A stretch of 64,000 nt of DNA, taken from Ranitomeya imitator (Eukaryota). Made by a program: the position numbers and the translations under genes. Below the pieces are notes generated by a model. The model saw nothing but the letters and a program-made list of their open reading frames with translations, did no database searches and was not told the origin of the DNA. Positions 11,645 through 24,714 of this stretch are shown in pieces. Location of the stretch: contig NC_091284.1 of the NCBI RefSeq assembly GCF_032444005.1, forward strand, positions 665,012,001 through 665,076,000, written 5' to 3'. Position 1 is the first letter of the stretch, and each line of letters starts with the position of its first letter.

Positions 11645-13580
11645 TAAGTTTGTTTTATGTTGACAAGGGTAACAGGAAAAATTAAACCCCAAAATTAGTT
11701 GCGTAATTTCTCCTGAGCATGCTGATACCCCATATGAGGGAGAAAACCACTGGGTGCACATTAGAGCCCGGAAGGGAAGGAGCCTCATTGGACTTGTTCC
11801 AGGAAATTTTGCATTCAAAAATGTTGCATTTGCTGAGCCTTTGATGTACCTAAACAGTGAAAATCCCCCACAAGTGACAACGTTTTGGAAACTAGACCTC
11901 TCAGGGGACTGATCTAGATGTGTGGTGAGCACATTAAACCCTCTGGTGCTTCACAGAAGTTTATAACATTGAGACGTAAAAAAAAAATAAAATAAATTTT
12001 CCCCACAGTCATAATTTGTAAAGCGCTGCGGAATATGTTGCCGCTATATTAAATGAAATTATTATTATATTAAATATGTTTTTAGCACAAAATATGGCAT
12101 TTTCATAAGGGTAACAGGAATATATACAATTTGTGGTGCAATTTCTCCTGAGTACGCCGATACCCCATATGAGGAAGAAAACCACTGTTTGGGTGCATGA
12201 CAGACCTCAGAAGGGAAGGAGCGCCACTTGACTTTTTGAATGTAAAATTTCCTGGAATCATTAGCGGACGTCATGTCCCATTTGGAGAGCTCCTGATATG
12301 CCTAAACAGTGGAATTGGAACCCCCACAAATGACCCCATATTGGAAACAAGACCCCTCATGGAATATATTTAGATGCATGGTGAGCACCTTGAACCCCCA
12401 GGTGCCACAGAAGTTTATAACATTGAGCCGTGAAAACAATAAAATCATTTTCCTCACAAAAATTTTATTTTAACCCCAAATTTTGCATTTTCATAAGAGT
12501 AACAGGAGAAATTGCACCATACAGTTTGTTGTGCAATTTCTCTTGAGAGCGCCGATACCCTATATGTGGGAGAATACTACTTTTGAGGCACAGTGCAAAA
12601 CTCAGAAGGGAAGAGGCGCCATATTGGAGGTTTTTTCCTGGAATGGTTTGAGGGTGCCAGGTCACATTGGCAGAGCCCCTGAGGTCCCGGAGCAACAGAA
12701 ACCCCCTAAAGTGAACTCATTTTACAAACTACACTCGCAATGAATTCATCTAGTGGTGCAGTGATCATATTAACACCACATGTGCCTCACAGAGTTTTAT
12801 ACCACTGAGCGGTGAAGAAAGAATAAATTACGTTTTTACCACTAATTTTTTTTTTTAGCCTCAAGTTTTTCATTTTTCTAAGGGCTAATAAGAATTTTTT
12901 TTACAGCAAACTGAGGTCCATTTTTTCTGAGTGCGCAAATACCCTACATGTAATTGGAAAATATTTTTCAGGCACAGTGCAAAGCTCAGAAGGCAAAGAG
13001 CGCCAGATTTTACTTTTATGGTTTACAGGTGCCTTGACACACTGGGAGAGCCCATGAGGTGCCAGAACAGCAGAACCCATCATAAGTGACCTCATTTTAC
13101 AAACTACAGATCTCAATGAATTCATCTAGGGGTGCAGTGATCATATTGACACCATGGGTGTGTCACAGAATTTTATACCATTGGGCAGTGAAGACAAATT
13201 AACTACATTTTTACCACCAAAACGTTGTTTTAGCCCAAGATTTTACATTTTTACACAAGATGTGGGTAAAAATGAAACAAAAATTAATCCCACAATTTCT
13301 ACTGAACATGACCATACCCCATATGTGGCTGTGCAGTGCTATCTAGCCATACTGAGAGACTCAGGAGGAACGGAGTGATATTTGACTCCTGGACTGCAGA
13401 TTTTCCTAAAACAGTTTGCAGACTCCGTATACAGAGCCCCTAATTGCTAGAAGAGCAGAATCCCCCATCAAGTGACCCCATTTTGGAAATTGTACCCATT
13501 GGAGAATTATCTACAGGTGTAGTGACGATTTTGACTCCATGGGTATTTTCCAGTAACAAGCAGCAATGAATGTTGCCGAG

Positions 13581-13891
13581 TAGCGATGAGCGAATATACT
13601 CGTTACTCGAGATTTCCCAAGCACGCTCGGGTGTCCTCCGAGTATTTTTTAGTGCTCGGAGATTTAGTTTTTATTGCCGCAGCTGAATGATTTACATCTC
13701 TTAGCCAGCATAAGTACATGTGGGGATTCCCTAGCAACCAGGCAACTCCCACATGTACTTATGCTGGCTAACAGATGTAAATCATTCAGCTGCGGCAATA
13801 AAAACTAAATCTCCGAGCACTAAAAAATACTCGGAGGACACCCGAGCGTGCTCTAGAAATCTCGAGTAACAAGTATATTCGCTCATCTCTA
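13581..13891. mobile_element. hAT-like MITE (same family as 6447-6753)
   Basis: TAGCGATGAGCGAA / TTCGCTCATCTCTA termini; perfect 8-bp TSD TTGCCGAG. Confidence 0.9.
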
Positions 13892-15315
13892 TTGCCGAGT
13901 GAAAATTGTAAACTGCCGTTGTAGTGACCAGTACGTTGCAGTCACCACTACATTATGCCCAACCCATGCTTCTGGAGGCATGCACCCTTAAAGGGAACCT
14001 GTCACCCCCAAAATCGAAGGTGAGATAAGCCCCCGATGTATCCTGAAAGATGAGAAAAAGAGGTTAGATTATACTCACCCAGGGGCAGTCCAGTTCTGGT
14101 CCGATGGGCGTCGCGGTCCGGTCCTGGGCCTGCCATCTTCTTACGATGACGTCCTCTTCTTGTATGACACCCGGTGGCGATTGCAAACACCCCCCTGTGT
14201 GTATGGGTCACGCAGACGTAATAATCTGTCACTGGTCAAATAGACCCAGGGCAGATGGACGGATTATTACATCTGATGTTAGAAAGGGGTTAAGGGGTCT
14301 TGTTCAAGGTTTTTTTTCCCTCAGCGTTGCTTTTTCATGGCACAGAGAAATGAGTGGATAACGCTCTCACAAGGCGGAATAAACCTGAGTTTTCAGCTAC
14401 CGGAGGTCGGTGAGACCCTGGAGTATGTGATCGATATCGTTTTTTTTCAAAAATTAAAATTACATGAAGTGGGAGGGGCGTGGCTATGTAGTCCAGGAGA
14501 GAGGACGCACCTCGGGAAAGCTCCGGTCATCCTGAACTCAATCCTGCCATAAATCCCCTGATTTACCTGCTGCACCGGCTGGAAAGGTGCACTCAGGACC
14601 CCAGGAGACCGGCGACCCCCAAAAGCGGCGATTCGGGAGCCCAGAGACGCCGGGAAGGGAAGTGGCCTGGACGGGCGGTAAAATCCCTGGGCTGCGGCGG
14701 CCATCTTGGGCGCGTGTCCCGACATACAGGACACAGCGCCGGCAATCACTGGAGCCGGATACACCTTCCCTGGAGGAGGCAGACACCGGCGCTGAAGCGG
14801 GAGCGCTGTGGAGTGACAGGCTGAGTCTGAGACAGCGGCGGGAGCGCTGTGGAACGCTGAAACATAGGTACTGTGTCTGGGGCAGCGCCGGCGCCTGGGA
14901 GGACGGCAGCCATTACTGCAGCGCGCTCTCCAGCAGTGAGGAGAGCGGCGCTATACAGCATGATAGCGGCATAACTCAGGAGGTAAATAAATTACTGCAA
15001 TAATAAAGGGGTAGTGCGGTGTGAGCCCTGGAAGATTGGGCCCTGCACCCCCCTTATCTGACAAGCTCCTGTTTGTGCCATAAACTTTGGAGGGATTAAC
15101 CCCTCCCCTCCTGCTGTGCTGCCTGTGGAAGCTGTGGGCTGCTTTGGGGCATAGTGCCTGAGTGAACCCTGAGTTGCCGCTTTTATAAATATCTGACAAT
15201 CCCCTTATATGACTGGTGGTCTCCTTGGAATCTACTCCAGGACTTAATTTTGCCGGATCAGCTACTGGGGAATAGACCAGCTACAACTATATGTGTGGTC
15301 CTTCTGCTAATCATC

Positions 15316-16225
15316 ATGCAGCACTCCAAGGGAACGGGGGGCTGCTGAGAAACTAAAGAAATATGCCAGAGAGGATGCCCAGGATAATGTACGCTCTCTT
15401 AGATATAATTCCACGCAGAGCAAACGCAAAAATTGTCCTTCTGACAGTAATGAGGAGGGAGAACAGGGAGAACTGACCCTTAAACAAGCGTCTGAACAAC
15501 TGATGCAGGCTATATCCCTCACCAGATCTTCTCTTACTGAGAAAATAGAAGATGTACATACTGAAGTGGGTCGTTTACGGCATGATATGCAAGCTATGAG
15601 GGGACGCATCTCAGAGGTTGAAACAAGAGTTTCTCAGATAGAGGACACCATTACCCCTATGGAAACTAAATTGTCAAAAGCCGTCGGGTCTGTGAATGCT
15701 TGGAAACAAAAAGCAGACGACCTGGAAAATAGACTGCGCCGTAATAACGTTCGAATTATAGGCCTGCCGGAGCGCTCGGAGGGTCAGCAACCTGAGCAAT
15801 TCCTAGAGGATTGGCTAAAAACCTCCTTGGGAGATGGATTCTCCTCAACATTTTCCGTGGAGAGGGCCCATAGAGTACCGACGAGGCCTCTTCCCCCCGG
15901 AGCTCCGCCTCGGCCCTTCTTGGCGCGTCTTCTCAACTGCAGAGACAGAGATGCGATACTCCGCCTGGCGAGGCAGAAGGGCCCTATTAAATTCAATAAC
16001 GCTACTATATCAATTTTCCCGGATTTTTCTATGGAGCTCCAAAAACAGCGAGTTCGATTTGTGGAAGTTAAGAAGCGGCTCAGGGATAAAAACATCATTT
16101 ATTCCATGCTTTACCCAGCTCGACTCCGTGTTGTCCATGAAGGCTCTTCCCTGTTTTTTACAGATCCGGCGGAGGTAACCGAATGGTTACGAACATGCAA
16201 GGTGTCTAATGTGCCGGACTCCTGA
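15316..16225 (+). pseudogene. L1 ORF1p (coiled coil + RRM/CTD), +1 frameshift in a G-run near 15336-15341
   Basis: RLRRNNVRIIGLPE, VERAHRVP, IFPDFS and YSMLYPARLRV motifs. Removing one G restores MQHSKGTGAAEKLKKYARED... in frame with the 240-aa ORF. Confidence 0.9.
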
Positions 16226-16515
16226 GCAATCTTCCTTATCCAATGGCAACACAAAATGGAGCTCTCCATACAGGTGTTGAGCTTATCAACAATACCGAAC
16301 GCTGATTCCAGTAAGGGTATCCCCTTTTCTGTTTGACTGTAGGAGTGTAGGATTATACTCCTCCATTGTTCGAGCTTTGTTTTGTTCGGGTTTTTACACC
16401 AGTTTTGATTGTTTGATATGTTTGATAGTCGCCATTGATAATTCTGTGCTCTGTGTGATGTTCCTGATTTCTACGCGAGCCATGGTGTACAATATTCCTT
16501 TTCTTATGTGTAGAT

Positions 16516-19500
16516 ATGGGGTCTGAAATTATATGTATGACTTGGAATATACGAGGTATTAAGACTCCCCGTAAAAGAATCAAGGTATTTTCACAGATTA
16601 AGCGGCATCATCCCCATGTGGTAGCACTTGTAGAGACGCATCTGACCAGGGACACAGCTAAATGTACACAAAAGCCTTGGGTACAATAGTCCCTCCACGC
16701 ATTCCATACCAGCTACTCAAGAGGGGTTTCTCTACTGATCCATAGAAGTGTTAGATGGGAGGCCAGGGAGGCAAGACAGGATCCCGAAGGTCGCTTTGTC
16801 TTTGTGCACGCCTTTATTAACACAAAGGAATACGTGATACTGTGCATCTATAACCCACCCCCAGCTAATATATCGGTTCTCCGTATGGCAATGGGATTCT
16901 CCCTAAATTATCCAGATGCTAGTATTATTTGTATGGGAGATTTTAACCTAGTTATGAATAATTCCTTGGATAGATTGAGACTAGATGATGAGTTATCTGG
17001 GGGCCCTTCTATTCAATCCTCTTCTCAATTGGCACGGTTTATGAATGGTAGCGGATGGCTGGACCTATGGAGAATACGTCACCCTGAGATGAGGGATTAT
17101 ACTTGCCACTCGTCAACCAAACGGTCTCTGTCTCGTATAGACTATATATTTGGATCTAGTGACCTGGCACTATGGGTAGATAGTATTGAACATGGCAATA
17201 GAGGGATATCGGACCACAGCCCAGTTATTCTTAAACTTAAATACGGTCAGTCAAATAATATTATACCCTGGAAATTAAATCCCTTCTGGCTGAAATTAAT
17301 AGATTCTAGCGATAGAACGGTGGATCAGCTGAACTGCTTTATCTTTACCCACCCTGACCCCTCAAATTATGGTCTGTTCTGGGACACTCTAAAAGCATAT
17401 CTGAGGGGTTGTCTGTCCTCCACAATTTCCTATTAAAAGGATGACGGCGAGGGAGGATGATGAGATGGAGCGACAGCTGAAGGAGTCCGAGACCGCTTAT
17501 ATAGCCAACCAAACTAGCGGCAACAGGGTGGCATGGCTTACTTCCCAAAGGTTATATACTCAACATATAGACACAAAATCAAAACGTAAATTGTTTTTTA
17601 CCCGTCAGTCCTATTTCGAATTGGGGAACCAGGCCAGCAAACTATTAGCTTTTTTAGTACGCCAGCACAACACATCTAATGCGGTATTACAGATCCGGGC
17701 ACCTGATGGTTCATCGGTATCCTCTACTGAGGAGATCCTCCAATGTTTCTATGATTACTATAAATCTTTATACAAGTCTAGTGGGGATTTTGGTGTCCTT
17801 GAATGCGCAGATTATTTATCGGATATAACATTCCCCTCGTTGAGTCCAGCTCAGCAAGCCTTTATGGAGGCTGAGTTCACTTTGGAGGAGATAGAACAAG
17901 CTATAATGGATATGGCCACCGTGAAGGCCCCTGGACCTGATGGGTTTCCTATTGAGCTGTATAAGAAATATCGGGATCAATTGGCACCACTTTTATTGAA
18001 GGTACTTCAGAGTATATGGGAGGGAGGATCCATGCCTGACACATTTTATGATGCAAATATTATTGTACTTAAAGAAGGGAAGGACCCTCTGGAATGCGGA
18101 TCGTATCGCCCCATATCACTAGTAAACGTAGATTACAAAATTTTTACAAAAATATTGGCCACTAGACTAAATAAGCTCATATTAGACCTTATACACCCGG
18201 ATCAAACGGGCTTTATGCCTGGGAAAAGTACTTCTATCAATATCAGGCGGGTCCAATCGGTGATTCAATATAGCTCTCTAGAGCCGGATAATGATTGGGC
18301 GTTGGCGTCGCTGGATACGGCCAAGGCATTCGACTCTCTCGAGTGGCCTTTTCTCTCTGCGTGTCTGCAGAAATATGGTTTTGGTGAGAAATTTATTAGG
18401 GGGATAGACACACTGTATAAAAATCCCAGGGCGCGGGTAATTGTAAATAACTCCACCTCCGATTCTTTTACCTTACATAGGGGAACCCGTCAAGGATGTC
18501 CCCTATCCCCGGCTCTCTTTGCTCTTGCGATAGAAGCCTTAGCAATACGCATAAGGTCCTCCACAGATATTAAAGGAATAAATATCGCGGATCGTGTGGA
18601 TACCATCGGTCTTTATGCGGATGACATGATAATATTTATGGATAAAGTGGAAGAAACTCTACCACAAGTGATAGCGACCATAGATAAATTTAGTAAATTC
18701 TCCGGTTTATATATAAATTGGGATAAATCTGCCCTGATGCCCTTATCTCATACTCCGGCTCCCTGTCTCGGGACTCTCACGTCGCTACCTGTGGTTTCCA
18801 ATTTCAAATATCTGGGTATCCATATGTCTCAATACAGTCGGTTAGACCTACAACTTAACATTTATCCACTGTTGGATTTGATTAAATCTAAATTTATGAC
18901 CTGGAGTAGACTCCCCCTCTTGGTTGCAGGCCGCATTAATCTAATTAAAATGATACTGCTTCCCAAACTCAATTACTGTTTTCAACATAGTGCTGTACCA
19001 ATACCCAAATCATTTTTTGCAAATTCAAACTCTTTAATCACATCCTTTATATGGGGGAAGACCAGACCCAAACTCAAACTATCTGTTCTGCAAAGACCAA
19101 AAAAGGGGGGTGGGGCGGCCCTGCCAGACCTCTATCTGTATTACCTTGCCAGGCAGGCTAAGGCGATAAGTAAGTGGATGCCTAATAGCTCCCTACCTAA
19201 TTCCGAGAGTCATTTAATTCATTCTGCCCGGATTGACTGCCCACTAGGTTTCTTGGAAATGGAGAAAATTGGTGTTTGTCGTCTGTTGCCTATGCTCTGG
19301 CTGGCGAGATTGGTATGGAGACAAATTAAAAAAGTTATTAATTTTGTAGATGTTATAGCTGAAATGCCACTGTGGAATAATAGTTATCTACCAAAATTGC
19401 TGAATCACCCATCTACTGATTTTTGGGTTTCCTGCGGTGTTCTCTCGGTGAGCGACATACATGACCAGGGGTTTTTTGTGACTTTTGAACAATTACAGAA

Positions 19501-20202
19501 TAGTTACAACATCCCGAGGTCTCAATTCTTTCGGTATTTACAATTAAGGTCAGCCTTCCAATCGCACATACGGAATGTAGATACGGGTCGGTCGATCTCT
19601 TCTTTACCTTTGATAGGTATCCTCAACTCACAGGGTCCTCAAGGTCTCATTTCCACTCTATATACATATCTACTATCCATGGGAGATGGGTCTGTCATCA
19701 ATTCTGTCAGAGGGAAATGGGGGGGGGAACTCCTTCTGGATGTACTGGGAGAAGAATGGGAGGATATTCTGGAATCTCCAACTAAAGTTTCCCCCTCAGT
19801 CAATAATAGGATGACTCAGTTGTATATAGTATATCAGGCCTATTTGACCCCGACACGGCTCTTTAAAATGGGTCGTTTACATTCGTCAGATTGTTTACGG
19901 TGTCATATGCCTGATGCAGATTTTATTCATATGATTTGGAGGTGCCCTGTAGTTCTTCAGTACTGGAGAGAGGTCACGACGTTACTAACTATACTGGGAT
20001 CTTTCTCCGTGAGACACTCTTTCTGGCACGGAAAGTGTTGGCGTTAAGATGGATGGGTGGCTCCCCCCCGACCCTTAGAGTTTGGATTGATCTGGTGAAC
20101 TCTATTATCCCATATGAAAAAACAATGTATCACAATAGAGGTTGCCCGGGTAAATTCGAAAAGATATGGGGCAGATGGAATTCCTCTTATCGTACTCTAT
20201 AA
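16516..20202 (+). pseudogene. L1 ORF2p (APE endonuclease, RT, CCHC), disrupted
   Basis: EN motifs TWNIRG, MGDFN, SRIDY and SDH; RT motifs KAPGPDG, YRPISL, GTRQGCPLSP and YADD; zinc knuckle CLRC...H...C. Lesions: TAG at 16687-16689, frameshift near 17432, deletion with frameshift near 19995. Confidence 0.92.
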
Positions 20203-20495
20203 TCTGCACTGATTAGACATCTACATAGGCATCGCTTATAGAGCAGGATTTAAATCTATTTTTCTTTTGGCGACTTACTATTAATGGTTAAAGTTGTATA
20301 TTAGGTATTTTCTTATAAGGATCTAATGATTTAACATGCACACTACGCAACCTTTGTAATCTTTGGTATAGCGATGTTTTGCATCTATTTGTATTCCATG
20401 GTATAATTAATGATGATAATGCAAATGTGTGTAATGTTTGTTTATTCTGAACCAATAAACGAATTAAAAAAAAAAAAAAAAAATTACATGAAGTG

Positions 20496-20990
20496 TATAA
20501 GAGCACAGTGGGGTACAAGTCAAATTTTCTGATTCATGAAGGTAGGGACCGCCAAGTAAATTCTCCTGTCTACCCATAGACGATTGGCATGCCGTGTAAA
20601 ATTATGCCATTTCGGCATCAAGGATTTCATAGTTACAGCAATACCAGTAATTATTACATCACCATCACCGTATATCAATCCTTCCAATCTGTAAATACAT
20701 GGGCCATTGAGCCAGTCTGGAAAAACAGAGTTGGTGGTGAACAGACTTTAGGGGAAGGGTGTTATTCACACTTGCAAGTGACCAACTTTTTGCAGTGAAA
20801 TGGAGCAAGCGAAAAGACGTGTACATGCTGGCCACGCTACATACAGAGACCACTGTGACTGTCAGAAACAGGAGCCACCAGACTACAAACAATTTACGGT
20901 ATAAAAGGCGTAGTAGACATGTCAGAGCAGGTGCTTCAACGAATAGTGAGAGCAGTCACATCAGTGAAAGACCAGAACCTGGTATAAAAA
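20496..20990 (+). pseudogene. Decayed piggyBac-like transposase fragment, interrupted by the L1
   Basis: LASDQLFAVKWSKRKDVYMLATLH resembles the PGBD4-type LLAVKW.D.RDV.MLST.H motif. Reading across the L1 TSD gives KLHEVYKSTVGY..NFLIHEGRD, similar to KL..LCES.SGY....IYEGKD. Confidence 0.6.
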
Positions 20991-21148
20991 GGTAGCAGTC
21001 CCCCTTAGGGTATGTGCGCACGTTGAGTATTAGCTTGCAGCAATTTCTAAAAGGTTTCTGCATCTCTTGGCGTCAAAAATGCTGCTCCAGAAACGTATTT
21101 GTTGCGTTTTTGTATAGCAATGAATACTTCTTGGCGTTAAATAAATAT

Positions 21149-21603
21149 TAGCGATGAGCGAATATACTCGTTACTCGAGATTTCTCGAGCACGCTCGGGT
21201 GTCCTCCGAGTATTTTTTTAGTGCTCGGAAATTTAGTTTTTCTTGCCGCTGCTGAATGATTTACATCTGTTAGCCAGCATAAGTACATGTGGGGATTCCC
21301 TAGCAACCTGACAACCCCCACATGTACTTATGCACGCTCGGGTGTCCTCCGAGTATTTTTTTAGTGCTCGGAAATCTAGTTTTTCTTGCCGCTGCTGAAT
21401 GATTTACATCTGTTAGCCAGCATAAGTACATGTGGGGATTCCCTAGCAACCTGACAACCCCCACATGTACTTATGCTGGTTAATAGATGTAAATCATTCA
21501 GCTGCGGCAAGAAAAACTAAATTTATGAGCACTAAAAAATACTCGGAGGACACCCGAGCGTGCTCGGGAAATCTCGAGTAACGGGTATATTCGCTCATCA
21601 CTA
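21149..21603. mobile_element. hAT-like MITE with an internal ~125-bp tandem duplication
   Basis: Same termini as 13581-13891; the block starting GCACGCTCGGGTGTCC occurs twice; 8-bp flanks imperfect. Confidence 0.8.
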
Positions 21604-21633
21604 ATATATTTGAAAAGAAAAAAAAAAGTTTAA

Positions 21634-22410
21634 GGCTATGTGCACACGTAGGAAGGGGGCTGCGGGTTTTCCCGCAGCGGATTTGATAAATCTGCAGGGC
21701 AAACCCGCTGCGGTTATCCCTACAGATTTATCGCGTTTTGTGTTGCGGGTTCCGCTGCGGGTTTAATCCTGCACTTGTTTTACTATTGATGCTGCATATG
21801 CAGCATCAATAGTAATGTTAAAAATCATGGTATACTCACCCTCTGACGTCCTGATCTCCTCGGCGATGCATGCGGCGGTCCGGTTCCAAAGATGCTATGC
21901 GAGAAGGACCTTCGTGACGTCACGGTCATGTGACCGCGACGTCACCGCAGGTCCTGCTCGCATAGCAACCCTGCGACCGGACGGCCGCGTGCAGCGCTGA
22001 GACTTAAGAGGGTGAGTATATCATTATTTTTTATTTTAATTCTTTTTTTTTTTTTTTACACAAATATGGTTCCCAGGGCCTGGAGGAGAGTCTCCTCTCC
22101 TCCACCCCGGGTACCATCTGCACATTATCCGCATTACTTCCCGCATGGTGGGCACAGCCCCATGCGGGAAGTAAGCGGATCAATGCATTCCTATGGGTGC
22201 AGTATCGCCGCAATTCTGCACAAAGAAGTGACATGCTGCGGATTGTAAACCACTCCGTTACCGCGCGGTTTTTCCCGCAGCATGTGCACAGCAGTTTGCA
22301 GTTTCCATAGGGTTTACATGTTACTGTAAACGCAATGGAAACTGCAGTGGACCCGCAGCGGCAAAATCGCCGCGGTTCCTCGGTAAAAACCGCAAAGTGT
22401 GAACATGGCC
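21634..22410. mobile_element. Harbinger-like MITE
   Basis: GGCTATGTGCACAC / GTGTGAACATGGCC; TAA TSD. Confidence 0.8.
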
Positions 22411-23030
22411 TAATGGTGTAACTTCCTTGTTCAACCCACTTTTTTATGCTTATTTGCCCTGTCCCAGGCTTAAAATACCAACCCTCAGCTGCCGCAGAAA
22501 TGGCCCTTCATATTTGAAGCGCCAATTTTGGCACTTAACCCAGGCTCTTCCTGATACCCTGGTGCAGTCACATTGGGATAATGGGATTAGGGGTTGGTGT
22601 CAGCAGCTGTCACTGACACCAAGCCCTAGGTTTAGTCAGCCTGACACCCTCATTTCTAAACCTGTAAGAAAGAGTTAAAGGATCTCAAATAATGGGGCTG
22701 TTCCGTATTAATACACGTATAGCTTTAGCGTGTTATTTTGCAGCCAAAGCTGTTGTCTTGTCCTAGCACTTGGTGCTAGGCATACACAGAGTGTGTGTCT
22801 GTCTATAACCTGTGAACAGGAGGGGCAGTAAGTTATTAGAAGGGTTTTACCATCTCATAATGTCATTCTACAGCAGATGGTTTGCTGTGGATTTGCTTTC
22901 TGAAAATTCACATCTTACTACAATGGAAGCATATATGGTAACTTTCTTCTAGATTTGCTTTCTTTATTTGCCATTTTTAGGCCAGATCTCTTTATATCAT
23001 TGACCGATGTGCTGTCTTTTCTGAGTCAAA

Positions 23031-23756
23031 AGGGAACCTGTCATGTCCTTTTAGCAAGTCAACTGTCCCCAGTGCGTTTAGTGATGCAGTGTGCATCACT
23101 AACATGTTTTTTTCCTAAAAAACAGTGGTCTAATCATGTGCAAAAAGCATTTTATATAGTTAGATCATACCTCATTTAGTCATTGGGATGTGCTTCATTT
23201 AATTCCGTAACGGTTGGCGCCACTCTTGCAAGTTGAATGCTGTTCCTGGGGTTGTGCCGTCACTCAAATCCGCTTTGAAAAAATCATGCGCTTGCGCCGT
23301 GTATTGTAGAGCTGCACTTGTGCAGTGTTGATTGTGGAGCCGCGCAGGCGCTGTGAGTAGCGGCTCCTTACACTTGTGCCGTGACGAGCGGCACTGGCTG
23401 CTCAATCAGTGAAGCTGAGTACTACACACAGCTTCAGTGCGCACGCCTGGGGAGTTGCTCGTCATGGCGCATGTGCGGTTCTGCGAAACATTGCGCAGGC
23501 ATGGGATCTTTCAAAGCGGATTTGAGTGACGGCACAACCCCGGGAACATCATTCAAATTGTGTGGGTGGCGCCAATCATGACTAAATAAAATAAAGCACA
23601 CCCTTTTGGCTAAATGAGCAGGTACGATATAACTAAATAAAGTGCTTTTTGCACATGATTACTTTTAATGAAAAAAATATGTTTGTGATGCACACTGCAT
23701 CACTGACAACGCACTGGGGATAGTTTACATGCTACAAAGGATAGGACAGGTTCCCT
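23031..23756. mobile_element. Kolobok/T2-type palindromic MITE
   Basis: AGGGAACCTGTC / GACAGGTTCCCT + TTAA; long internal inverted arms (about 23040-23300 vs 23490-23750). Confidence 0.75.
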
Positions 23757-24046
23757 TTAAGGACGAGTTCAGACAGCCACTTTAACAATTGGGTTAGTCA
23801 CGTCAGCAGCTTGGTGCACTTGTCCATATTGTTACTGGGTGCAGGAGCTACCTGCTATTTACATGCAATAAATCAGACTAATGTATGACAGGCCTGGATT
23901 GGCAATCTGTCCAACTGGGCAAATTCCTGGTGAACTGCGAGGCCAAATCCACAGCGGGCCACCAGCTCCCAACCCTCTTGGCCTATTCACTTCCTAACTG
24001 ACAGCTCCTTCAGTTAAATAGATTAACACAGTCTTAGAGAGAGTAA

Positions 24047-24714
24047 AGGTACCGTCACATTAAGCGATGCTGCAGCGATCTAGACAACGATCCCGATCGC
24101 TGCAGCGTTGCTGTGTGGTCGCTGGAGAGCTGTCACACAGACAGCTCTCCAGCGACCAACGATGCCGCGCTTAGTAACCCGATGTTTACCCTGGTTACCA
24201 GCGTAAACGTAAAAAAAACCAAACACTACATACTTACATTCCGGTGTCTGTTGTCCGGCGCTGTCCTTTCCTGCACTGTCAGCGCCGGCCAGTCGTAAAG
24301 CACAGCAGTGACGTCACCGCTGTGCTTTACGGCTGGCCGGCGCTCACAGCCAGTGCAGGGAAGCAGAGCGCCGGGGGACAGACACCGGAATGTAAGTATG
24401 TAGTGTTTGTTTTTTTTTTTTTTAACGTTTACGCTGGTAACCAGGGTAAACATTGGGTTACTAAGCGCGGCCCTGCGCTTAGTAACCCGATGTTTACCCT
24501 GGTTACCAGTGAAGACATCGCTGAATCGGCGTCACACACGCCGATTCAGCGATGTCTGCGGGAGGTCCAGCGACGAAATAAAATGCTGGACTTTCTGCTC
24601 CGACCAACGATGGCACAGCAGGATCCTGATCACTGCTGCGTATCAGACACAACGATATCGCTAGCCAGGATGCTGCAACGTCACGGATCGCTAGCGCTAT
24701 CGTTCATTGTACCT
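24047..24714. mobile_element. AGGTACC-family MITE, copy 2
   Basis: AGGTACCGTCACA left TIR; shortened right TIR; TAA flanks. Confidence 0.8.

Larger units (their letters stand above)
9385..13570. repeat. Old dispersed repeat with degenerate internal units of several hundred bp, interrupted by MITEs at 10006-11644
   Basis: Recurring motifs AAGTGAC(C/A)CCATT(T/C)T(G/A)(G/A)AAACT and ATACCCCATATGTG at intervals; termini not resolved. Confidence 0.5.
14472..20479 (+). mobile_element. Full-length (~6.0 kb) L1-clade non-LTR retrotransposon, disabled
   Basis: 16-bp TSD AAAATTACATGAAGTG (14456-14471 and 20480-20495); GC-rich 5' UTR; ORF1; ORF2; AATAAA at 20454; poly(A) tail from 20466. Confidence 0.95.

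Noticed and set aside
11105-11932. 275-aa minus-strand ORF, and the related 44452-45090 ORF
   Set aside because: They lie in palindromic MITE sequence with no recognisable motifs, and frames are not conserved between copies.
13989-14293. T2-like left end (TTAAAGGGAACCTGTCA) and piggyBac-like right end (AAGGGGTTAA)
   Set aside because: The ends do not pair with each other and no partners were confidently located.
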